Positions 22,756 through 33,662 of a DNA stretch of 38,666 nt are shown piece after piece. The stretch's first letter is position 1. Each line of letters opens with the position of its first letter. The DNA is from Folioceros fuciformis. Lineage: Eukaryota. The position numbers were made by a program, and so were the translations under genes. A model generated the notes under the pieces. It searched no databases and was not told where the DNA came from. It saw nothing but the letters and a program-made list of their open reading frames with translations. The stretch spans positions 1-38,666 of the forward strand of contig JBNGIO010005507.1 in NCBI GenBank assembly GCA_049999805.1, read 5' to 3'.

Positions 22756-24763
22756 ATGAGCATCAAACTGCCGAGCGCGCCCATGACTTTGCTTCTTCCG
22801 CATCCCGGGTTCTGTTCCTCACGATTCGCATATTGTCAGGCAGGCCACTACAGGGGCTCATGGGCTTTGCGTTCATTGGCTTGCAAACCCCACACATCCA
22901 TCTCCACTGAGCACCTGATGGAACGTCCCGGTGAGTGCCTACCTTCGATCATTGTTATTGCTGGGGCATCGTATGACACACGCGATTGGATTCTTACAGG
23001 TGTAGCCATGGTGGTGCTAAAAAAGGGAAAGGCTCAACTTTTTCGGGATGGCCACCCAATGGTGTACAGTGGTGCTGTGGATTCTGTAGTTGGTAGGCCC
23101 CCACCCAAGTCCGGGGATGCTGTGGTTGTAACTGATGGAGCAAAGCATCCCATCGCCTGGGGGTTCTATAATCCTGTTTCCATGTTCTGCGTTCGGATTA
23201 TGCAATTGGCTGATGAGGTTAGCAGGTTTGGGGCTGCTCTGCTGCCTAATGCATCCTTGCCGCTATCAAGGTTTTGGTACCGTTGGCCATCGCGTGGAAT
23301 CATTTCTCACGGGCGCGTCTGTTGTCTAACTTGCAGGGATCGTTCTTGTTTGCTAGATGTGGAGAGGCTCGTGCACGCTAGAATAAGTGCAGCCGTTCAG
23401 CTTCGCAAGGTGCTGGAGCTTCCTGGGGCTCACACTTCTGTGTACAGACTAGTTAACAGTGAAGGCGACAGGTACACACTGGGAGCTGCTCTGGCAACAG
23501 TGGATTCTCTTTATGGCCTGCAGTTGGCACCAGGCCCATGGTTGGAAAATGCACCATCTGCCGTAATCTTAAACTGCAATACGGCTGCTGCTGCAGGCTG
23601 TCCGGTCTTATTGTTGATATGCTTGACGGTCATGCTGTGGTGTCATCATCTGCGGCATGGGTTGAAAAGCACCGGTCCGTGATCGAAATGACCATAAGGA
23701 GTCTGACAAGCAGCACATCTTTGACTTGGAGGCCTTCAGTCGAAATTTTGAGAGACGAAGGTGTGGAGGTGGATAAAAGTGAGATCAGAGAAGCTGCCGA
23801 CACCGTTAAGGTTGGTTGGCAGTTTGGCTATAGGTGTTTTTGTGGACCAACTGTTCCTTAAAGGGCGTGGCTCAACCCATCTACAGGTGCTGGAAAACGG
23901 CCTACTATTTAAGGTTGTGCCAGGTGGCCAGAAGACGGGATTTTATGCTGATCAACGGGATAGTCGTTTCCTCTTCCGGTCGCTGTGCAAGGGAAGAACA
24001 GTTCTGGATCTTTGTTGCTACACTGGAGCCTTCTCATTGAACGCTGCCGTTGGGGGAGCTACTCATGTGACCGGTAATCACTAGCTGATATTCCGAACAC
24101 GTCTCTGTGTAACTTGAATCTTGATTTTCATTTTTATTCTTTCTTCTGTCATCCGGAAATGTGTTGCAGGCGTCGACTCGTCTCGTCCTGCTTTAGGTCT
24201 TGCTCAAGAAAACGCAGGTCTGAATGACGTTGATACAAGCTCCATATGTTTCGTCAAAGCCGACATAGCAGAGTACATGAAGGCGGTCTTCAGGGAAGGA
24301 AGGAGATGGGATGTGATAGTTTTAGACCCACCCAAGCTGGCTCCCAGTCGGAAGGTAAGTGCAACACGATGTTAATGGTGGCCAGGGATCAGGCGTGCGT
24401 ATGATAGTGGCACGAAAACCTGTGCGCAGGTGCTGGATAAGGCCAAATCGCGGTATCGGACGCTGAACGCATTGGCCATGCGTCTGACCAGGCCTGGTGG
24501 TCTTCTTATGACGTGTTCGTGCTCAGGAGCTATGACCCAAAGCGGGCTCTTCATGCCTATGCTCCAGGTGAGAGTGAGAAAAGAGTCTTGTGGTAACTTT
24601 GTACTGGGACGCTAATTGTGACGAGAGATTGCAGGAGGCAGCATTCTCCGTGGGCAGGAAGATCACAGTGCTGCGCTATGCAGGAGCTGGTGCGGATCAC
24701 CCGCAAGACCCGTGTTACCCAGAGGGCTCTTACCTCACCAATGTTTTGCTCTGCGTTAGTTAG
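22756..24763 (+). CDS. rlmI: RlmI-like SAM-dependent rRNA m5C methyltransferase with PUA-like domain, 8 exons, ~462 aa: 22756-22930, 23000-23225, 23337-23471, 23597-23810, 23887-24073, 24170-24354, 24430-24567, 24635-24763
   Basis: [90 protein letters not shown]...YPEGSYL; N-terminal extension resembling an organelle targeting peptide; exons sum to 1389 nt. An alternative ATG lies at 22783. Confidence 0.92.
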
Positions 24764-25169
24764 GGTTTCAGGTGGATATGGTCTACCCTCTATAAGGGGT
24801 GGTTAATTAAACCTAATTGATATTAAAATAAATTAGAAAAATGTTATGGGCTATATGCCGTAGACTAGGAAACGAGCGGGCACGCTAGAAAGTGGAGGAT
24901 GAGGGGTTGACCAGGAAGATGAATCGAGGAGCGGGTAAATCATTAAATCGAGAATGGGAGGTTGAATAGGAAGGTGAATCGAGGAGCGGGCAAATTAGTA
25001 AATTGAGAATGAGTGGTTGAGTAGAATAGGAAGATGGATCGCGTTGCTGGCAATTTAACAAATGGAGAACGAGAGTTTGACTCGGAAGATGAGTTGAGGA
25101 GCGGGCAAACTAGTAAATCCAGAACAAGAGAATGGATGAGACATTGAAAATGAGATGTTGGCAATGATT

Positions 25170-26370
25170 GGAGGGCCTACGAGGTTACGAGGTGTAGGCA
25201 ATCCTTGGAGATGCTTGGAGAGCTCTACGAGGTGTTGGCAATCCTTGGAGAAGCTTGGAGAGCCCTACAAGGTGTTGGCAATCCTTGGAGATGCTTGGAG
25301 AGCCCTACAAGGTGTTGACAATGCTTGGAGGGCCCTACGAGGTGTTGGCAATCCTTGGAGATGCTTGGAGACCTCTACGAGGTGTTGGCAATGCCTAGAG
25401 AGCCCTACGTGGTGTTGGCAATGCAATGCTTAGAGAGCCTTATGAGGTATCGGCAATGCAATGCTTAGAGAGCCCTATGAGGTATCGGCAATGCAATGCA
25501 ATGCTTGGAGAGCCCTATGAGGTGTCGGCAATGCAATGTTTGGAGAGCCCTATGAGGTGTCGGCAATGCAATGCTTGGAGAGCCCTCTGAGGTGTCAACA
25601 ATGCAATGCAATGCTTGGAGAGCCCTTTGAGGTATCAACAATGCAATGCAATGCAATGCAATGATTAGAGAGCCCTTTGAGGTGTCGACAATGCAATGCA
25701 ATGCAATGATTAGAGAGCCCTCTGAGGTGTCGACAATGCAATGCAATGCAATGCAATGATTGGAGAGCCCTATGAGGTGTCGACAATGCAATGCAATGTT
25801 TGGAGATTCCTAAGAGGTGTCGGCAATGCAATGCTTGGACAGCCCTCTAAGGTGTCGACAATGCAATACAATGATTGGAGAGCCCTCTAAGGTGTCGACA
25901 ATGCAATACAATGATTGGAGAGCCCTCTAAGGTGTCGACAATGCAATGCAATGCAATGCTTGGAGAGCCCTTTGAGGTGTCGACAATGCAATGCAATGCA
26001 ATGCTNNNNNNNNNNGGAGAGCCCTCTGAGGTGTCGACAATGCAATGCAACGCAATGCTTGGAGAGCCCTATGAGATGTCGACAATGCAATGCAATGCAA
26101 TGCAATGCTTGGAGAGCCTTTTGAGGTGTCGACAATGCAATGCAATGCTTGGAGAGCCCTCTGAGGTGTCAACAATGCAGTGCAATGAGAGCCCTATGAG
26201 GTGTTGGCAATGCAATGTAATGCTTGGAGAGCCCTATGAGGTGTTGGCAATGCAATGCAATTCTTGGAGAGCCCTATAAGGTGTTGGCAATCCAATGCTT
26301 TGAGAGCCCTATGACGTGTTACCAATGCTTGGAGAGCACCATGAGGTGGCCAATGCCTTGAGAGCCCTAG
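25170..26370. repeat. Compound minisatellite: core CTTGGAGAGCCCTATGAGGTGTCGA followed by variable (CAATG)n
   Basis: More than 25 units; unit length varies in 5 bp steps with the CAATG copy number. Confidence 0.95.
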
Positions 26371-27671
26371 GATTGCAACGCGACCACGAGAATGAGAGGC
26401 AATGGGAGCTTAGGCACAAAGCTAAATCCAGGTGTAGCAATGATAGAAGCCGAGTAGGACTTGGTGCAATAATTGCATGTAGTAGGGTGGTGGGGCATGG
26501 GTGTATTAATAATTTGAAGATGAGTATGACCTAGTGCAATAATTGTATGTAGGATAAGTGTGTCTCAATTTTTGGGGCTTATTCACATAAAGTCAAACCT
26601 TATACATAAGTAGACATAAAGTTAAATGTGATGGACATAGTTAAACTTATGTGCAATGATTGACATTGATGTATAGCTGGAAATTGATATATAGATAGAT
26701 ATACATATATTTATATACATATGTAGATTATAAGCTTAACAACTTCAAATGAGCCTCCTAGAGTCAAAGAGCCTACAGTAGAGGCTAGCTATATCTTGCT
26801 TAGTTGCTTTCCCTACACACTAAAGGCTTAATGAAACTAGCATAAACTATTAAGTTAACAAGCTGACAAGTACTACATTGCTCACACATATGAATTTTAA
26901 TAAAATTAAACTACTAGAGTTTATGAAATTTTGGCAACTCCTAAAACTTATCACATTATTAATGCAAGCATGTGCGTAATCGTGGGATCCACCACTCTGA
27001 CACCCATAGCTAGTGGAGCATGCATGCCCTCGGTGGTGCATGGCATGCACATAGTGAATACCTCATACATGCATAGCCAACTCACATACGCCCATGCATG
27101 CCAGGGTCGAAAGTCACATGGACGTTGTTGTCACGATTTGCGAGGTACATTCTAACCTTCTATGGCAAACACTTCAAATCCTGTTTTTAAGTAAGAGTGT
27201 TTCTCTTCAGCACCAAAGGGAAGTATAGAGAGCTCATTTTGAAGCTCATGTCAAGGGCTTTCTTCAGATCAGGAATTAAAGTAAAGAGGTAAACATGGAG
27301 ACAGAAAATTACATGAAAAGAACGAGTTGGTTGCTATCTTCTTTGACACATAGCAAGACATAATGAACCATATCAGGATTGAGATAGCTTTTTCTGAAGC
27401 CTACAATAAGACCATTTTTTCTAATCCATTCTTACAACCTAAGAATCAATATAGACACTAAAATAGACATTCAAAGAACTCATAACAAAAGATGAGTTGG
27501 TTTTCTTCTTTCACACATAGCTCGAGATATCTTCAACAAAAACAAAGTACAGAGGACTCATTTTGAAGCTTGAATTGAGAGTGTTTTTTTGAATCAAGCC
27601 ATGGAGTTTGTGAGCAAGTATGGAGACCACAAAAACCATTCAAAGATATGATGATAGAAGTTAGTTGTTGA

Positions 27672-28330
27672 CTAAGATGACACTTGATTCTCATCTCGCA
27701 GGAGGACTATGGACATCTTCTCCTTCCTCACCTTCTTTGGATGCTTCCAGCTATTTGCAAGCTCAACCATGCTCCTTTTCCGTTTCAAACTATCGCCAAG
27801 ACCATTGTCCATTTTGTTGAGCTGAACAAAATTCAAGGTTTGTGCTCTACGTAATCGGGCTTCTACTTGTCGTAGTTGACATAACAGAATGTTGGCTCCA
27901 ACATATGCATGCTGAAGCAAAGAAGGATTTGCATTTTGCACAAGATCCTGCAATGCTTGAATGGTATACTCTCAATCTTTGTATGAGCATTTTTGTGGCA
28001 TAGCTTGAGGGTTGTTGGAAGCTTGCACCCCTTCGACACATGATGTGTTTGCTCCTACATGACAACATTCGGTATTTGTTGAAGTAATGTTACGTACAAG
28101 TGTGAGAAGGAGGTCCCGAGTTGAATGTAATTGCCCTTTCATTTGTAATACCTTTGCTTTGTGTTTGCAGAAGAAGCCTTGCATTCTTCTTGGACAATTG
28201 CAGCATGCCCAGTCCCCTAGAGGATTGTAAACTGAATATATCAACCTCTTATCTGTGCAGCTTTGCACAAGAGCTGGTTCTTGTATGGTACCTGTACTTT
28301 CCTCTTCAATGATGGGTCCATGCAGGACAT
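27672..28330 (-). pseudogene. SWIM zinc-finger fragment, probably the C-terminus of a Mutator-like (MULE) transposase
   Basis: Y.V......WACCNCPRRMQGFFCKHKAKVL fits SWIM CxC-xn-CxH, followed by a degenerate basic C-terminal region; truncated at the Copia junction. Confidence 0.65.
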
Positions 28331-28331
28331 C

Positions 28332-31300
28332 GATGGCGTTCTGTACGTACCAGACATGGCAAAAAATCTTCTGTCGATGAGTAAGATCATGTAGATGCGC
28401 ACGTATGAGATACGTGTAATTGATGATGCTTGCTGCTTCTACAGGAAGGTCTCTCCCAGTGTCTGTGCATTCAGAGGCGTTCTAGACCATGGCTTGTATA
28501 GGCTCGAGATAAGATGTCTCCCACAGTCTGCTCACCATGCAGTGTTCACTGTTAATATGAAATCCAGCCAGTTGGCTACACTCTGGCACGCTAGGCTAGG
28601 GCATGCCAACAGAAATAAGCTCATTGATATGTTTAATCTTGGTTGTCATCAGGAACCCTTACCTAGTTGTTTCAAGGATCTTCCCATTTGTGAGTCCTGT
28701 ATACTTGCAAAACAGAAGGAACTTCCATTCCCTAAGACTGCACATAGGGCTACCAAGGTGTTAGAGCTTGTGCATGCTGATATCTCTGGGAAGATACACA
28801 CCCCTTCTCTTGGGGGTGCTCTCTATTACCTGACATTGACAGATGATTTCAGCCGGTACTCCTAGACGTATCCGATGCACCTGAAAAGTGAAACACTGAG
28901 TTATTTCAAGGACTGGCTTCTCACAGTGCAACGCCAATCTGGCTGCCTGCTCAAGATCCTGCGAAGTGATAATGGAACAGAGTTCGTCAATCAAGCTTTT
29001 GACGATTACTTATCTGAGCAGGGCATTAGCCGGCAGTTGATTGTCCCTTATACTCAACAACAGAATGGCGTAGCCGAGCGCAAAAATCAAACCTTGCTTG
29101 GTATGACCAGGAGTCTGTTGCTGTGGGCCGGCTTGCCTCAAGCATATTGGGCAGAGGCTGTCGTCACAGCTACGTACATCTTGAACAGGGTCCTTACCAG
29201 CTCGGTTAAAGGAAAAACTCCTTTTGAAGTGTTTTGGACCAGGAAGCCTAGTTTACTTCACTTACGAGTGTTCGGCTCCAAGGCTTTTGCTTTTGTCCCT
29301 GCTGACAAGCGCAAAAAGTTAGATATCCGATCGCGCAGTCTCATCTTTGTGGGTTACAGCGAGCATGTCAAAGCGTATAAACTATATGACCCTGACACAC
29401 AGGCACTGGTCTTAGCACGCAGTGTTACCTTTGTGGAATCTATAGCTGGCTCTCCACATGCTGCTGTCCCCTCTGAGGGAGCATCATTGGATGAGGACAC
29501 GGATGCAGATACTGTTACCTTTCCTTCTGATGACGCTACCCCACCAGCTGTTGCTGCGCAGGATCCATCAGACTCTGCCCCAGATGATGCAAACCTGTCA
29601 TTAGATCAGACTGACAGTAACGACGATCAGGATGCAGCTTCAGTGGAGGACCCCACCTGGCTGACGAGGTGGCTGGAGATCAACCTCCTGATCAAGATGC
29701 CGATCGGGATTTTGTTTTTCCTGACCAGGATTTTGTTCAGATTGTTCCAGATCAGCCAGCACCTGCCCCCAGGCGCTCGACTAGGCACAGGCCCCCTCCT
29801 GACCAGTGGAGGGAGCCTCCATATCAGTCCTTGGATTTCCGGACATCCTCTGCAGTTTATGGTGCTACCGTTGACATCCTTTTAGCTGTGGAACCCAGTT
29901 CCTATAGGCAGGCCATGCAAGGACCTGATGCTTCCAAGTGGCAAATCGCAGTGGAGGACGAGTACCAATCCTTGCTTAAGAACAAGACTTGGGATCTTGT
30001 CGATCTGCCCCCTGGACGCAAGCCTATCTCCTGCAAGTGGGTTTTTAAGTTAAAACTGAATGCCCAAGGAGAAATTGCACGTTATAAAGCAAGACTTGTG
30101 GCCAAGGGATTTACCCAAATCGAAGGCTTGGACTATCAAGAGACCTTTTCTCCTGTGGTTCGTTCACAATCTATCAGGATCATCCTTGCCCTTGCAGCGG
30201 AGTTGGATCTGGATCTACAACAAATGGACATTTGCACGGCATTCCTCTATGGTGCTCTTGATGAGGACCTGTATATGATGCAGCCAGAGGGATATGAGGA
30301 TCCTACACACCCCACCAAAGTTCTGAAGCTACTAAAATGCATTTATGGTTTAAAGCAGAGTGGTAGGGTTTGGTATACAACCATGCACGTTTACCTCATA
30401 CATATCTCTTTCGTCCAGAGCACTGCCGACTCCAATGTGTATAGGCTCAGCAGAGGTGAGGACTTCGTGGTTTTGGCGTTGTATGTAGATGACGTCATCC
30501 TCGCAACAAACAGCCAATCTCTGTTAGCTGAAGTAAAACACATGTTGAGCTCCAAGTTTGAGATGAAGGACATTGGAGAGCTTAAATATTGCCTTGGGGT
30601 GCAGATCTTAAGGATACGAGAGGAAGGCCTGATTATTGTTCACCAACACAAGTACATCAACGACATTCTTCGGAAATTCAAACTTGATGAGGCTAGGCCT
30701 GTTACCACTCCCTATTCTACAGGGGTCAAGCTTACCAGTTTACAGTGCCCGCAGACTTCAAAAGAGGTCCAAGATATGCTCGATGTACCCTACAGGCACG
30801 CTGTAGGTAGCTTAATTTTTGTTGCTAACTGGACCAGGCCAGATATTCAGTACTCCGTTAGTACAGTATCGCAGTTCTTGGAGAAACCTAGCAGGGCACA
30901 CTGGACAGTAGTTAAGAGGATTTTTAGGTACCTAAAGGGTACCCATACATATGGACTTTTCTACAGAAGGACTGGGCAAGGGAAACTTACACTTTCTGGT
31001 TTTACAGATGCTGATTAGGCATCAGACAGCGATTCCAGGAAAAACCTTTCGACTTATTGTTTCCTACTCTCATCCTCAGCCGTGAATTGGTCTTGCAAAA
31101 AGCAGTCCTCAATAGCCCTGTCATCAACAGAAGCAGAGTATAAATCCCTAACTGATGCTTCAAAGGAAGCCGAATGGGAAAGAACTTTTCTGCATGACTT
31201 AGGGCAAACTCAGCAAGCACCTACCTCAATTCTCTGTGATAATATGTCTGCACTTGCCCTCGTAGCCAATCCCAGGTTCCACGCGCGCACTAAGCACATT

Positions 31301-31480
31301 GAAATTCAGCACCACTACATCAGAGATGTTGTGGAGCGTGGAGCTGTGAAGGTTGGTTACATAGGCACAGAGGACAACGTGGCAGATGTGTTAACAAAGG
31401 GTTTGGTGAAGTACAAACACTATAAGCATCTGTCAGGCTTGGGCCTGGCTGACTATTCTATGCACATGGACAGGCAGTGA
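28332..31480 (+). pseudogene. Ty1/Copia pol pseudogene (end of protease, GAG-pre-integrase, integrase, RT, RNase H)
   Basis: VLYVPDMAKNLLS, LWHARLGH..CESC, LELVHAD, LRSDNGTEF, QQNGVAERKN, KARLVAKGFTQ, QMDICTAFL, IYGLKQ, LYVDD, DAD, SSTEAEY, CDN, RTKHI, ADVLTK. Integrase precedes RT. Stops at 28392, 28863 and 31016; frameshifts at ~29670 and ~31045. Confidence 0.97.
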
Positions 31481-32095
31481 CTTATCTGTGTAGGTTGGGG
31501 TGGGAACCCGGAGGTTCCCTAGGTGTTGTTGAGTGGTGCCTTCGACATCTTCGCAGACACATATAACTGCACATGCCCCACGCACACACAGTTAGGTCAG
31601 ATGCGGCGTCAGTCCATGAGGAAACAGAGGGAGCAACAATGCTGTGCTGCACGAAGGATGAAGCTTACCTTAGTACTTAATCTTCCTGCAGTACGGTGCC
31701 CCCTACAAAGATGGCTTCACATCCTGCTCTTCGTCATCAACTGGCGCAGGCCCTTCTCTAGCAGCAAGGATGTGCTCCAGCTCCCTGATCCTGTCGGTAG
31801 CTAAATGCAGCTATGCGACTAGGGCAGGCAGCGCAAGCTCCAAGAAGCGGAAGTCAGGCTGCTGGGGTGCGGGTCCCTCTTCTCGTGGTGCCTGGGCTGT
31901 CCCTGGAACACGTCCAGGGTTGATTGGGCAGCTGTTCATGAACTGTGCAAGCTCCTCCAATGACCCACATCTGAGCCATCGCAGTTTTCCCTAGATCTCC
32001 TCCTCTCCCGATGCTGTGCTCGGCGACGGCTGTGCCCTATTTCTCCGTGGCGTCTTCTCCGAGGCAACATAGCCCTTGCCACTGCGCGTCTGCAT
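31433..32095 (-). pseudogene. Putative spliced antisense extra ORF within the Copia element; join(32095..31669,31566..31433), 186 aa if four stops are reverted
   Basis: Starts MQTRSGK; one frame with four stops all revertible to Gln codons; G|GTAAGC donor, CTAAC branch site, TGCAG| acceptor; the second exon is open in the spliced phase. Confidence 0.5.
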
Positions 32096-32332
32096 CTCTG
32101 TAAGGCGATGGCGGGCGTGGAAGTTAAGCTTGATCGCAGCCAGGTAGGCGAGGGAGATGTTGGCGGCGGCAGACGCTTGCGCGAGGACGTAGTCCGTCGT
32201 TTGCGTAAGGGGTTTTACGCTTGGGTTTGGGTTACGCCGTTCTGTGTGGAGGGATCCTATTCCGTGATGGGTTTGAATACACGTGTCGTCGTGGAAATGC
32301 ATGTTAAATGCCTAAAGTTGCTTTAGAGGGAG

Positions 32333-32472
32333 TGTTGGAAATAAAGCCAACATTAGGATAAAGAACTTAGGGTTTCATTAAGTGAACCGTTTCAGAGGTT
32401 AGTATTTAAACAACATACACATACAATTTTGTATTCAATTTATTGTTTTGTATCAAGTTTTGTTGTTCCAAA
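32333..32472 (+). repeat. Short (~140 bp) 3' LTR of the Copia element
   Basis: TGTTGGAA directly after the PPT, a TATA-like GTATTTAAA, and an imperfect inverted end TTCCAAAC versus expected TTCCAACA. Confidence 0.65.
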
Positions 32473-32474
32473 CT

Positions 32475-33062
32475 ACTCTCCGTAAATTCTCATGGTGAGA
32501 GGAAGGTCCACTTCAAAGGGGAAGTACAAGAAGCAAAGCCTTTCCCGTAGCAAATCTCGTAGTCGTAACAATATTGAGTGTTACCATTATCACAAAAAGG
32601 GTCACATCAAAAGGGACCGCGAGAAGTTCAAGAAGGACAGAGGAAAGGAGAAGAAGTAGAACGACAACAAGGCAAGTTTGAGTATCAAGCCTGATGAGGT
32701 GAATTATGTTGATGATAGAGATGTTCTTATCTCTTCTTCCTTCGATTCTGCACAATTGACAGCCGTGGATAGTCACTTATTCTCTAATTGGATAATTAAC
32801 TCTGGAGCATCTTTCCGTGTTACTCCGCATAGGGGGTGGTTTAGCACCTATGATGCTACTAGGAAAGGATGTGTTCGGCTGGGAAATAACTACGCATGCG
32901 AGATTGCAGGTGTTAGTGATGTGCAGTTGAAGTTTGACAACGGATCTTCATTCATACTGAAGGATGTTAGGCATGTTCCGAAGTTGACAAAAAGCATGAT
33001 TAGTGTAGGGAAGTAGGATGACACTGGCTACCACTCTTGGTTTGGGGATCATTCTTGGAAGA
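32475..33062 (+). mobile_element. Fragment of a second Copia element (Tnt1/Tork-like gag zinc knuckle and protease), interrupted at both ends
   Basis: SRSKSRSRNNIECYHYHKKGHIKRD (degenerate CCHC), WIINSGASFRVTP...WF.TY, VRLGNN, LKDVRHVPKL...ISVGK*DD.GY...F...WK. Confidence 0.88.
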
Positions 33063-33318
33063 TGTAGAAGAAAAAAACTTTCGGGACTCCCATTTTGAAG
33101 GACAGAATGCACAGGTTGTGATTTTTTTTTGTGAGAATGTGAGTGAATCGGCTTAGCTTGTGAATAAGACTTGGGTATTTATACTCAAAGTCTCCTTGGC
33201 CTTTGGTGTTTTGATGGGACTGAGTGACAGGGCCGAGAAGAAGTGTGAGCGAGAGTGACCTTGCCCTTGGTGGTTCGGGGGTACTCAGGTGTCCATATAT
33301 GCACTCCCCCCCCCCCCC
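33063..33318 (-). repeat. 3' LTR (33063-33303, TG...CA) plus polypurine tract (33304-33318) of a minus-strand LTR retrotransposon
   Basis: The minus strand reads G13AG then TGCA...TACA; the outer end at 33063 coincides with loss of the Tnt1-like reading frame. Confidence 0.65.
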
Positions 33319-33662
33319 ATTGAAACTAAGAAAATAAGGAAGGGGCATGGACTTCGGTAGTTGTGGACTTAGATGAAAAATCGGGATGTTGTGACTGGGT
33401 GACGGTAGCGAGTTGGGCGACCGTCGTGGAAGGGGAACGGCCAGTATACAAGCCTAAGGAATCGGGGCGACTACTTGGCATTCGAAGTAGGAGCGTGGCT
33501 GCGAGTGGGGAGCGAGAGCGGGAGTAGCCGTGGAGCGCAACGCCGACCAGAAGTGAAGTAGGCGTGGCTGCAGAGGAGAGGAGCGGAGCGGAAGAGGGAC
33601 GCCGTGCGACCCACAGGCGCAGGAGGGCAGAGGCGTTCAAAGCACGCAGGTGATCAGGCAGA

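Larger units (their letters stand above)
28332..32472 (+). mobile_element. 5'-truncated Copia LTR retrotransposon including 3' region, PPT and 3' LTR
   Basis: pol, then ~850 bp extra region, then PPT AGAGGGAG at 32325-32332 and an LTR starting TGTTGG at 32333. Confidence 0.85.

Noticed and set aside
6917-24763. Functional gene cluster or operon-like system
   Set aside because: The genes act in unrelated processes (translation, chromatin, plastid DNA, rRNA modification); adjacency is explained by genome compaction
25170-26370. CRISPR-like appearance, or Cys/His-rich ORFs in the repeat array
   Set aside because: Inter-repeat sequence is only (CAATG)n with no unique spacers, there are no cas genes and the context is eukaryotic; the ORFs are translations of the repeat
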